Shown in pieces: positions 7,927-16,782 of a DNA stretch of 64,000 nt; within the stretch, counting starts at the first letter, position 1, and each line of letters begins with the position of its first letter. The stretch is taken from positions 1,540 to 65,539 of the forward strand of contig WQXF01000001.1 of the NCBI GenBank assembly GCA_009784985.1, given 5' to 3'. The notes beneath the pieces were generated by a model. It did not search any database. It was given only the letters and a program-made list of their open reading frames with translations, and was not told where the DNA came from. The stretch is from Clostridia bacterium. GTDB taxonomy: Bacteria; Bacillota; Clostridia; Christensenellales; Aristaeellaceae. Both the position numbers and the translations under genes were made by a program.

Positions 7927-8844
7927 TTACAGGGCGGCAGCGTCGATGACCTGCACGCCGGTGTCGATGCTTACTTCTTCCAGCTCTTCGCCCGTCAGTA
8001 CCAGAGCGGCGGACATCATGCCAGCATAACCCATGAGATAGGGATCCTGCGCCATTGTGCACAGCAGCCAGCCATCCCGTACCAGGCCCAGGATCGCATC
8101 GGACTTGTCAAAGCCCACGCCTACTACGCCCGAATCGCCAGCTTCCATGATCGCGTTACCCACGCCCACGGTGCCGCCTTCGTTGGTGCCGAAGATGCCT
8201 ACAACACCCTGGGTGATGTAGTTGGCGGCGATGTTCTGGGACTCGGTGGCGTTGCCGTTGCCGTACTGCACCTCAAGAAGTTCAAAGGCAGTGCCTTCAA
8301 AAGCCTTGCGGAAGCCGTCTTCGCGCTGTTGGGTGGAGGTGGTGGCGGCATTTACGTTTACGATGCCGATCGCGCCCTCGGTGACGCCAGCGGCGGTAAG
8401 GGCGGCCAGCATTTGCTGCCCGGCGGTCTCGCCAGCGTTGGTGTTGTTGGTGGCCAGGGTGGCCAGCGCCGGGAAGTTGGCGGGGGAGTCAACATAGATG
8501 AACTGCACGCCAGCTTCGCTGAGCTCCTGGATGGTGGCAACCTGGGTGTCGGGGCCATTGGAGGCCAACAGAACCAGATTCACGCCATCGGCAAAGGCAT
8601 TGTTCATGCACTCGATCTGAGCGCTGTCATCCTTGCCAACCTGGGGGGCGTCCCACTTGTAGTTGATGACGAGGCCTTCTTCGGCCAGCTCGGCAACCGC
8701 GTCGCGGCAGCCTTCGTCAACCGACACCCAGTGCAGGTCCATCAGGTCCATCGTGATAAGCCATACGTTAAAGTCTGCCGCCACCGCGGACGTTGCGCCC
8801 AGCATCATGAGCAGGGCAAGTGCCAAAGAGAGTAGCTTTTTCAT
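7927..8844 (-). CDS. Sugar ABC transporter substrate-binding protein (ribose/RbsB-like periplasmic-binding fold)
   Basis: AGGAGG precedes the ATG at 8844. The signal peptide is MKKLLSLALALLMMLGATSAVAADF. The body resembles the Peripla_BP_4 family and the gene sits next to a permease and an ATPase. The longer tracked N-terminus is unsupported. Confidence 0.8.
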   Translation of the reverse strand: MKKLLSLALALLMMLGATSAVAADFNVWLITMDLMDLHWVSVDEGCRDAVAELAEEGLVINYKWDAPQVGKDDSAQIECMNNAFADGVNLVLLASNGPDTQVATIQELSEAGVQFIYVDSPANFPALATLATNNTNAGETAGQQMLAALTAAGVTEGAIGIVNVNAATTSTQQREDGFRKAFEGTAFELLEVQYGNGNATESQNIAANYITQGVVGIFGTNEGGTVGVGNAIMEAGDSGVVGVGFDKSDAILGLVRDGWLLCTMAQDPYLMGYAGMMSAALVLTGEELEEVSIDTGVQVIDAAAL

Positions 8845-8903
8845 GGGAATCCTCCTAATTTTTATTCTTAAAACGCGCTTGTGACGCATCTTAATTCTGG
8901 ATT

Positions 8904-9965
8904 TTAGTTTGTGGTAGTTGTTTCGCGCAAGCTTGCGGCAGCCTGTTCCGCTTGGGCCCGCAACCGCCTGCTCCTGCCGTCGCGTACGATAATGTCGGCC
9001 CATACCGAGATGATAACGATGATGCCAACGCTGATATTTCGGTACGCTACAAACACATTGGCCAGGGATAGGCCATTTTGCATGATACCCCATACGCAGG
9101 CCCCCATAATCGTGCCCAGCAGGATACCTTGGCCACCCAAAGTGCTAACGCCGCCGATAACCGACGCGGCCACCGCAAACAGCTCAAATGTCGTACCAGA
9201 GTCCATGGTGCCCAAGCCGCCCTGGGCGCATTGGATCAGGCCGGCAACGCAGGCGCAAAACGCACTGACGGTATAGGCCTTCACCACGGTTTTGGTGACG
9301 TTGACGCCAGAGAGCTGCGCGGCTTCCCGGTTGCTGCCCACGGCGTAGATGTGCCGCCCGGTTCGGGTTCTGCTGAGCAAAAAGTTAAATACCAACCACA
9401 GGCCCAGGGCGATCCATACCGTATTGTAGGGGAAGTTCACGCCAAACAAATTGAACCTGCCGTAGTAAAATACATCGCGGAACAATTGGGCTCCCTGGCC
9501 GATGGCGTCGGTGTTGCGGTTGCCGTTCACCACTTGGGCGATGCCGCGGGCGATGGTCATGGTGCCCAGGGTGGCGATAAACGGCGGCAGTTTAACCCGG
9601 GCTACCAGCAAGCCGTTGATGATGCCGGTTACGACAGCGGGAATGAATGTAAGCAGTACGGCCAGCCAGGGGTTCACGCCCCTGGTCATCAGCGTGGCCG
9701 AGATCATGCAGCTCATGCCCAGCACCGAACCGATGGATAGATCGATGTTGCCGGTGATCAGCACATAGGATTGGCCGATGCCTACGATCAAGAATGGCGC
9801 GATCTGGCGCAGCAGGTTGTGCATGTTGCGATCCGAAAGGAAGTTGGGGTTCAACAAACCAAAGATACTGCCCAACACGATGATGCCGAAAAAAACCGTG
9901 ATGACCTGGCCCATGCCGCGGATTGCGAAGACTCGCTTAACAATGTTTGGTCTTGTCTCTGCCAT
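8904..9965 (-). CDS. Sugar ABC transporter permease (RbsC/BPD_transp_2 type)
   Basis: Multi-TM protein with features typical of ribose/xylose-type permeases (ITGNIDLSIGSV..., GGVSTLGGQG). Confidence 0.85.
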   Translation of the reverse strand: MAETRPNIVKRVFAIRGMGQVITVFFGIIVLGSIFGLLNPNFLSDRNMHNLLRQIAPFLIVGIGQSYVLITGNIDLSIGSVLGMSCMISATLMTRGVNPWLAVLLTFIPAVVTGIINGLLVARVKLPPFIATLGTMTIARGIAQVVNGNRNTDAIGQGAQLFRDVFYYGRFNLFGVNFPYNTVWIALGLWLVFNFLLSRTRTGRHIYAVGSNREAAQLSGVNVTKTVVKAYTVSAFCACVAGLIQCAQGGLGTMDSGTTFELFAVAASVIGGVSTLGGQGILLGTIMGACVWGIMQNGLSLANVFVAYRNISVGIIVIISVWADIIVRDGRSRRLRAQAEQAAASLRETTTTN

Positions 9966-9979
9966 ATTGCTCTGCTCCC

Positions 9980-11479
9980 TTACTGCTTGACTTCAAACTG
10001 TGTGGCCAGCTCCATGATCTTTTCTTGGGTTGCGTCTTCAATGGGCATCTCGCCGGTCACCCGGCCGTCGCACATTACGATGATGCGATCCGAGATGCCC
10101 AATATCTCCGGCATTTCGGAGGAAACGAATAGGATGGCAATGCCGCGCTGCTTCAGGTCGTTCATCAGGTTGTAGATTTCAACTTTGGCGGCCACGTCGA
10201 TGCCCCGGGTGGGTTCATCAAAGATGACTACCCGGGCCTGGCGTGCCAGCCACTTGCCCAGCACCACTTTTTGCTGGTTGCCGCCCGATAGGCTTGCCGC
10301 GTCCACATCGATGTGGGGCGCCTTGATGCGCAAGTCTTCCATCGCCTTGTTGGCCATCTTGCGTTCCTGATCGCGCCGCACAAAAGATGTGGGCCCGCAA
10401 AGAATATCCAAGTTGGGCAACGCGATGTTTTCGCGTATTACCAGGCGGGTGCATAGCCCGTCGCGCTTGCGGTCTTCCGGCACCAACACCACGCCCCGTT
10501 TGATGGCGTCTTCGGGATGGCGGATGTCGATCTTGCTGCCGTCGAGCCAAATCTCGCCGGAGCTGGTGGCGTCTACGCCAAAGATGGCCCGCATGGTTTC
10601 GGTGCGCCCCGCACCCATCAGGCCCGCAATGCCCACGATCTCACCCTCGCGTAGCGATAGGCTTACATTGCGCACCAAGCGCCCTGCGTTCAGGCGTTTT
10701 ACCTCAAATACGGTTTTGCCCACTTTGCAGGTGACACGGGGGAATTTTTCGTTGATCTCCCGGCCCACCATGTTGGCGATGATCTCTGGCAGCGTGGTGT
10801 CGGCCAGGTTTGTGCAGGTGATGAATTCCCCGTCGCGCAGGATGGTCACACGGTCAACGATATGCTGCAACTCATCCAGCCGGTGGGAAATGTAGATGAT
10901 GCCGCGACCCTCTTTCCGGAGCCGATGGATGATGATGAACAGATCGTCGATTTCTTTGGCGGTGAGGGCGGAGGTGGGTTCGTCCATGATCAGCACTTTG
11001 GCGTCGGTAGCCAGGGCCTTGGCGATCTCTACCATCTGCTGCTTAGAGATGGCTAGGTTGCCCACGATGGTATCGGGATCCAAAGCGATATTCAGCCTGC
11101 CCAGCACTTCCCGGGCGGCTTGGGTCATCTCCCGGCGGCAAAGCCTGCCGTTGCGAACGATCTCGCGCCCCAAAAAGATATTTTCAGTCACCGTTAGGTG
11201 CTGGCAAAGGTTTAATTCTTGGTGGATAATTGCCACGCCCAGCTCTTGCGCCCGCAGTGGCGTTAGGTGTTCTGCGATTTGACCAAAAAGCCGCACCGTG
11301 CCCCCATCCTTCGCAAATACGCCGCTCAGGATTTTAACCAGCGTAGACTTGCCCGCGCCGTTTTCGCCCAGCAAGGCGTGCACCTCGCCGGGGCGCAGGG
11401 AGAAATCCACCTCCTGCAGCGCGCGAACGCCGGGGAAGCTCTTGGTGATGCCGCGCATTTCAACCAGGTTCGCTGTCAT
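9980..11479 (-). CDS. Sugar ABC transporter ATP-binding protein (duplicated ABC domains, RbsA-like)
   Basis: Walker A GENGAGKST and the signature LSGGNQQKV are present. There are two nucleotide-binding domains in 499 aa. Confidence 0.9.
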   Translation of the reverse strand: MTANLVEMRGITKSFPGVRALQEVDFSLRPGEVHALLGENGAGKSTLVKILSGVFAKDGGTVRLFGQIAEHLTPLRAQELGVAIIHQELNLCQHLTVTENIFLGREIVRNGRLCRREMTQAAREVLGRLNIALDPDTIVGNLAISKQQMVEIAKALATDAKVLIMDEPTSALTAKEIDDLFIIIHRLRKEGRGIIYISHRLDELQHIVDRVTILRDGEFITCTNLADTTLPEIIANMVGREINEKFPRVTCKVGKTVFEVKRLNAGRLVRNVSLSLREGEIVGIAGLMGAGRTETMRAIFGVDATSSGEIWLDGSKIDIRHPEDAIKRGVVLVPEDRKRDGLCTRLVIRENIALPNLDILCGPTSFVRRDQERKMANKAMEDLRIKAPHIDVDAASLSGGNQQKVVLGKWLARQARVVIFDEPTRGIDVAAKVEIYNLMNDLKQRGIAILFVSSEMPEILGISDRIIVMCDGRVTGEMPIEDATQEKIMELATQFEVKQ

Positions 11480-11651
11480 GATCGCACCAATCCTTACAGA
11501 GCTTTTCGTACCATTTGCCTATAGTATAGCGGATGAATGGGCTTTGTGGAGCAGGAGATTTTTTAGGATTACCGGAAAAAACATTGATTTGGGGTAAAAA
11601 AAGAAGCGGCAAGACGGCTTTCGCCATGCCGCCACCTTGCTTGTGCCTTGT

Positions 11652-12578
11652 TCACTTTTCCATTTGATTAGCTGGAACCGGCATCACCCATAACTCCATT
11701 TTGCACACCTCGGGACTTGCACTGATGTATTTTTCCGCTGAAAAGGGCTGTATGGATATATTGTGCTTTGGGAGCCAAACGCCAAATAGATACTTCATGC
11801 TTTTGCCCAACGCGGATGTTGTTAGTTCTTCAAAACTCTCCGCTTCAATAGAACATACAACATATTTGGCGGCAGCGAGTTCCCAAGTCACATAATCATC
11901 GTATGCCGTTGTGCCCGGCATTGCGGAAGCGCCTGCAAAATAGGTAAAAGCGCCATCATTTTCGCCCATGGTGGATACCGCCAGCTCCATGCCGCCGGTT
12001 TTTATCCCTTTTATGTGGGCTTTTTGCTTATGAAACCTATCCCACAATAATCCCGGCACGTCAATGCCTGTTGTTTCGCCCAGGGGTGTTTGCTCTGATA
12101 CCAAAACAGGCCCTGATAAGCCAATAAAAAGTTCGGGAGCATCGATTCTTTTGCGCGATATTTCCAAAACAATGTTTTCGGTAATCAGCGGCACATCTTC
12201 GTCAACCAATGTGTAATCTAGCAATAAATCGGGCTTTATGATCTGATTGAGCCGCACAGGATGATTGCGGTATTCCATTGGTGTTATTCCAAACGCACCC
12301 TTAAATGTTTTTGTAAAATGTTCATGGCTGTTGAAGCCATGTTCGAGGGCAATATCCAATATGCGTTTGGTTTTATCCTCGAGGATGTCACACGCTCTTG
12401 CCAACCTGCGCATTTTGATGTATTCATTTACGGGACGCTTTACAAGGCGGCTAAACAAACGTTGAAAATAAAAAGGCGAAAGTGCGGCAACCTTTGCCAA
12501 TTCTTCGGGCGAAATTCTTTGCGCTAAGTTATCCTCGATGTAATCCACTACCTTTTGGATTGCTTCCCATGCATGCAT
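11652..12578 (-). CDS. AraC family transcriptional regulator with C-terminal GyrI-like effector-binding domain
   Basis: The N-terminal HTH_18 pattern is present (LAQRISPEELAKVAALSPFYFQRLF...GFNSHEHFTKTFKGAFGITPMEYR). The ~150-aa C-terminal domain is typical of GyrI-like/AraC_E_bind. Confidence 0.8.
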   Translation of the reverse strand: MHAWEAIQKVVDYIEDNLAQRISPEELAKVAALSPFYFQRLFSRLVKRPVNEYIKMRRLARACDILEDKTKRILDIALEHGFNSHEHFTKTFKGAFGITPMEYRNHPVRLNQIIKPDLLLDYTLVDEDVPLITENIVLEISRKRIDAPELFIGLSGPVLVSEQTPLGETTGIDVPGLLWDRFHKQKAHIKGIKTGGMELAVSTMGENDGAFTYFAGASAMPGTTAYDDYVTWELAAAKYVVCSIEAESFEELTTSALGKSMKYLFGVWLPKHNISIQPFSAEKYISASPEVCKMELWVMPVPANQMEK

Positions 12579-12737
12579 AACATAACCTCCATTATTGTTG
12601 TGCCCCTATTCTACAGCATAAAAAAGCTGTTTGCTTGTTTTAGAATGCTCTTTTCAGCATCATCTAGCATCCCGCCGCCCAATGTGCTAAAATGGTCCGG
12701 GCGCTCATAGCCTTCTTTGCGGAAGGAGTGAGCAATC

Positions 12738-13784
12738 GTGAGGTTCAAACGCAGCGACGTAGAACGAATGCTGATCGCCGGCGCGGCGGGGTTGGTGCTG
12801 CTGCTGGCGGTGCGGGGAGGGGAAACCAACCTGCCTTTGGAAAACGTGTACGAAGAACCCTTCGACCAGATTCCTGTGGAGACCGTGATCGCCAGGCCCG
12901 TTGGGCCCACCCAGTCCACGGTGGTGTACTATCAGGATGGCGACGGCTACCTGGTGCCGGTGCAGCGGCAGGTTGGCAAACAAGAGGGCATTGCCAAGGC
13001 CACACTGGGCCTGATGGTAAAGGATGTGTACAACGACATGGAGGCGGCCCGCCTGGGCCTGCGCACCGTGATCCCAGAGGGCACCTCCTTTGACCTGAAC
13101 ATTGCCGGGGGCCGTGCCCGCATCGACGTAAGCAAGGAAGCCCTAGCCACCATCGACGCCGAGCAGGAAACCAACATGGTGTCCGCGGTGGTATACGCCC
13201 TCACGGAGTTTCCCACCGTAACGGAAGTAGAGTTTTTGGTAGACGGGCAAAAACGCAGCAAACTGACCCACGGAACCGATGTATCCGGCGTGTTCTATCG
13301 GGAGAGCCTGAACCTGGAAAGCGTAGACGGTGTGTGGAGCACCGCAACCCTGGCCGATGCCAGGCAGGTGCAACTGTACTTCCCCTCAGAGAGCGGCAGG
13401 CTGATGGTGCCGGTGACCCGTTTGGTGTATTCCGAGCCGGACATCAACACCGCCATGCTGGAGCTGGCCAAGGGGCCCCGGCAAGACAGCGGCTTGCAAC
13501 AACCCCTACCCGAAGATGTGGGGCTGGTGGACGTAAAGGTATCGGGCAACACGGCCACGGTGAGCTTCACCAAGGAGTTTGTGCAGATCGCCGAGCAGTC
13601 CGACGGTGGCCTCCAGGCCCTTCGTGCGCTGATGCTCACCTGCACCCAATACCCGGGCGTTACCAATGTAAAGATTATGGTGGACGGCAAGGAATACACG
13701 CCCCCGGTGCCCCAGGAGCAGACCACATTCGCCAATGTAGCCGATATGATCGTAGACAGTTTCCCGGAGATCGAGTTCGAATAA
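12738..13784 (+). CDS. gerM: GerMN-domain sporulation/germination protein (GerM-like)
   Basis: GTG start with GGAAGGAG upstream, and an N-terminal anchor LIAGAAGLVLLLAV. There are two GerMN-like halves (VYYQDGDGYLVPV..., VQLYFPSESGRLMVPV...). It lies directly upstream of rph, as in B. subtilis. Confidence 0.75.
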   Translation: MRFKRSDVERMLIAGAAGLVLLLAVRGGETNLPLENVYEEPFDQIPVETVIARPVGPTQSTVVYYQDGDGYLVPVQRQVGKQEGIAKATLGLMVKDVYNDMEAARLGLRTVIPEGTSFDLNIAGGRARIDVSKEALATIDAEQETNMVSAVVYALTEFPTVTEVEFLVDGQKRSKLTHGTDVSGVFYRESLNLESVDGVWSTATLADARQVQLYFPSESGRLMVPVTRLVYSEPDINTAMLELAKGPRQDSGLQQPLPEDVGLVDVKVSGNTATVSFTKEFVQIAEQSDGGLQALRALMLTCTQYPGVTNVKIMVDGKEYTPPVPQEQTTFANVADMIVDSFPEIEFE

Positions 13785-13844
13785 GCTATTATGATGGGAA
13801 ACCGGTTGGTTTCCCAATCTCTTTAACAAAGAAGGGGACAAGCT

Positions 13845-15158
13845 ATGGAAATTTTGGGTAGAGCCGATGGCCGCAGAGCCGACGAACTGCGCCCGGTGAC
13901 CATGGAGCCAGGATTCGTGCGCACCGCCACCGGTTCCTGCCTGATCACCTGCGGCGGCACCCGGGTGATCTGCACCGTAAGCGCCGAGGCCGGTGTCCCT
14001 CCGTTTTTGAGCGGGAAGGGGAGCGGCTGGCTCACCGCCGAATACGCCATGCTGCCCGCCTCCACGGGCCGGCGCAAGCAGCGGGATTACTTAAAGCGAG
14101 ACGGGCGCAGCGTGGAGATTCAGCGGTTGATCGGCCGCACGTTGCGGCAATCTGTAGATCTAAATCGCCTGGGTGAACGCACCCTCACTGTAGATTGCGA
14201 CGTGCTGGAGGCCGACGGCGGCACCCGGGCCGCCGCTATCACCGGCGCCTTTGTGGCGCTGGTGCAGACAATTGACGCCCTGATTGCCCAGGGGCGGCTC
14301 AAGGAATCGCCCATCGTAAAGCAGGTGGCGGCGGTGAGCTGTGGTTTGGTGGCGGATATCCCATGCCTGGATTTATGCTATGCCGAAGACAGCGCCGCCC
14401 AGGTAGATCTGAATTTGGTGATGGACGGCACCGGCGGCTGCATTGAGGTGCAGGGCACGGGGGAGAAGCGCGCCTGCACCATGGAGGAGCTGCAAACGCT
14501 GCTGGCCCTGGCCCAGCGCGGCATTGAGCGATTGGTGGAGTTGCAGCGCCAGGCCCTGGGAGAGGCGGCGGCGCTCATCGCGCCCAAACCCAAGTTGGTG
14601 GCCGCCACCAACAATCCCCATAAAGTAAGAGAGCTGCAAAAATTGCTGGGGGAACGCTACGACATTCTTTCGGATTGTTCCATTGAAGTAGAGGAAACCG
14701 CCGATACATTCGAAGGCAATGCCGCCCTCAAGGCCGAGGCGCTGCTGGCCGCCACCGGCCTGTCCTCCGTGGCGGACGATTCCGGGCTGGAGGTGGACGC
14801 ACTTCTTGGGCAGCCTGGCGTGCGTTCGGCCCGTTATTGCGGCCAACACGGAAACGACGAGGCCAACAACGATCTGCTGCTCCAAAACCTGGCTAACGTG
14901 GCCGCTCCCCGAACCGCCCGTTTTGTATCGGCCATCGCCCTGGCCCGGCCCGGCAAGCCAACCCTTATCGTGCGTGGGACCTGCGAGGGAAGCATTTTGT
15001 TTGAACGGCATGGAACAGGCGGTTTTGGTTACGATTCGTTGTTTTTGCCGGCCGGCGGCGAAAAGTCGTTTGCGGAAATAACAGAAGAAGAAAAGAATGC
15101 AGTGAGCCACCGGGCCCAGGCCGTGGCCAAACTACTGGAGGCGCTGAACAATGAGTAG
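13845..15158 (+). CDS. rph: Fusion protein: ribonuclease PH (N-terminal ~240 aa) + RdgB/HAM1 non-canonical purine NTP pyrophosphatase (C-terminal ~195 aa)
   Basis: The N-terminal half is RNase PH-like (RADGRRADELRPV..., GSGWLTAEYAMLPAST). From KLVAATNNPHKVRELQ onward it shows RdgB hallmarks (DSGLEVDAL, GFGYDSLF). It is a single uninterrupted ORF. Confidence 0.85.
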   Translation: MEILGRADGRRADELRPVTMEPGFVRTATGSCLITCGGTRVICTVSAEAGVPPFLSGKGSGWLTAEYAMLPASTGRRKQRDYLKRDGRSVEIQRLIGRTLRQSVDLNRLGERTLTVDCDVLEADGGTRAAAITGAFVALVQTIDALIAQGRLKESPIVKQVAAVSCGLVADIPCLDLCYAEDSAAQVDLNLVMDGTGGCIEVQGTGEKRACTMEELQTLLALAQRGIERLVELQRQALGEAAALIAPKPKLVAATNNPHKVRELQKLLGERYDILSDCSIEVEETADTFEGNAALKAEALLAATGLSSVADDSGLEVDALLGQPGVRSARYCGQHGNDEANNDLLLQNLANVAAPRTARFVSAIALARPGKPTLIVRGTCEGSILFERHGTGGFGYDSLFLPAGGEKSFAEITEEEKNAVSHRAQAVAKLLEALNNE

Positions 15159-15663
15159 GGCAGTGCGCATCGGCGTGCTCAGCGATACCCATCGGGATGA
15201 AGCCGCCATCCGCCAAGTTTTGAAACGTTTGTTGGCGGCAGGGCCTCTGGATGCCCTCTGTTTTTTGGGGGATTGTGCGGCGGACTTGCGTGTGATAGAA
15301 GCCAACCTGCCGCAGGGCCATAAAACAGCGGTTTATGCCGTGCGTGGCAATAACGATGTGTTTGCTGCCGAGACCGATGAACTTACCGTTTCTTTGGGTG
15401 GCAAAAAGCTGCTGCTAACCCACGGGCACCGGCAGCGCGTGAAAATGCATCGATTGGGTTTGCTGCTGCACGCACGGGAACAGGGGGCCGATGTTGCGTT
15501 ATTTGGCCACACCCACCGGCCCGAATGCAGGTACGAGCAGGGCATATTGTTGCTGAATCCCGGCGCGGCATGTAGGGCGAATCCTGCCTGGGCCGAGTTG
15601 GTGATACGGGATGGAGTGGTAACTCCCAGGCAATTCACAATGATGGAAGGGGATGAAGTATGA
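15151..15663 (+). CDS. YfcE/YsnB (MJ0936) family metallophosphoesterase
   Basis: Motifs: IGVLSDTH, GDC, RGNND, LTHGH, GHTH. The start overlaps the rph-rdgB stop. Confidence 0.85.
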   Translation: MSRAVRIGVLSDTHRDEAAIRQVLKRLLAAGPLDALCFLGDCAADLRVIEANLPQGHKTAVYAVRGNNDVFAAETDELTVSLGGKKLLLTHGHRQRVKMHRLGLLLHAREQGADVALFGHTHRPECRYEQGILLLNPGAACRANPAWAELVIRDGVVTPRQFTMMEGDEV

Positions 15664-16331
15664 GCTATTTTTCATATTTAAGTTGCAATAGGGAGCTTCC
15701 AACCGGCTTCTTTGGAAAACCGCCGAAAGCCATCTATCCTAGTTATGATGCCTATCGTTCTTCTCCCGATTATGTTGTTCCGCAAGATCTGCTTACGGGC
15801 AAACCTCGAAAAATTGATGAAAACGACATCACGGCTTGCCTTAAGGGCAATGTGATTGTGTATGCAACCAATGAAGATTCCGGGGGCGTTCGTATTACAC
15901 CGTATTCACCGATTGTTACAATATGCGGAACGCAAAAGATAGACGACGATGTAAGTTGCTATTTCACTTTTCCGTTTCGATACAATACCACTGGCCACCG
16001 TAGTAGTTTAGAAAAGTACCTATGTAAGTATTTGCAACCGGGCGATCAAGCGCAGCATTTGACTTGTTGGGCCGGAGGCGGGAAATCCAAAAGCGATACA
16101 TGGGAAGAAAAGACTATCGATTTACAATGGGTGATTGATAACAATGGTTGGGCAGAATATACCAGGATCAAAAACAATAGCACTGTGCTGTTTCTGGCGC
16201 CGAAAGCGCCCTTGCCGGAGATCGATATCTACCCCGTGAAAAATCCTGATTTCTCTTGTCAAATCATTCAAGAGGGCGGTTTTGAAGCATTCACCGCAAG
16301 CTCGGCATCCGCACAGGGCATAGGTTTTTGA
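15660..16331 (+). CDS. Hypothetical protein (223 aa), no recognisable family, lower-GC than flanks
   Basis: ATGA start/stop overlap with the phosphoesterase gene. There is no signal peptide or TM, and several Cys. The coding call rests on ORF length and the coupling. Confidence 0.5.
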   Translation: MSYFSYLSCNRELPTGFFGKPPKAIYPSYDAYRSSPDYVVPQDLLTGKPRKIDENDITACLKGNVIVYATNEDSGGVRITPYSPIVTICGTQKIDDDVSCYFTFPFRYNTTGHRSSLEKYLCKYLQPGDQAQHLTCWAGGGKSKSDTWEEKTIDLQWVIDNNGWAEYTRIKNNSTVLFLAPKAPLPEIDIYPVKNPDFSCQIIQEGGFEAFTASSASAQGIGF

Positions 16332-16558
16332 TTTTTCTTGATTGATACCGCAAGCGCTCAGGCCGGGCGATCCCGCGGCACATGGCGTATAGCGCTTATT
16401 GCTGCTTCCTTCCGGACCTGACAAGATTCGTGCCCCGCCATTGCACAGGACCCGGCCGTCATCGCGCTTGTGGCCAGGTTAGTATAGCGCACAAGTGGGG
16501 AAAAAGCAACTGAGTATATTTTTTCCAACAAACTTGCCGTTAATCAAAGCGCTGTGCA

Positions 16559-16704
16559 GAATCCCTCCACCACTGCGGTGGTTCCCCTCCCTGTAACAAG
16601 GGAGGTAAGGGCTGAGAACGAAAACTCTGCTAAAATCCTATACCCCCCTTGTTGAAGGGGGGAGGGCCACCGCAGTGGCGGGGGGATTCAAAAGCGGCGA
16701 TGTG
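16559..16704. repeat. MITE/REP-like composite palindromic element (two inverted copies of the GAATCCC..CCACCNCNGCGGTGG core flanking two short hairpins)
   Basis: gaatccctccaccactgcggtgg (16559-16581) faces ccaccgcagtggcggggggattc (16666-16688). The internal hairpins are cctccc...gggagg and cccccc...gggggg. It is related to the copy at 3488-3533. Confidence 0.7.
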
Positions 16705-16782
16705 GAAACAACACCGCAATCCAAATCAAACACCCATTCAAAAAAAGCGCTACAATCCCAAACAGAACGGGAGGTGAGGAGC

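Noticed and set aside
7912-8835. 307-aa plus-strand ORF overlapping the substrate-binding protein gene. Similar long shadow ORFs occur at 9078-9740, 14373-15110, 35345-35830, 42402-42956, 47382-48068, 48575-49091, 57314-57991 and 62796-63287.
   Set aside because: Their Gly/Ala/Arg/His-rich low-complexity translations are typical of stop-poor antisense frames in GC-rich DNA. Each lies fully inside a gene with clear family motifs on the opposite strand.
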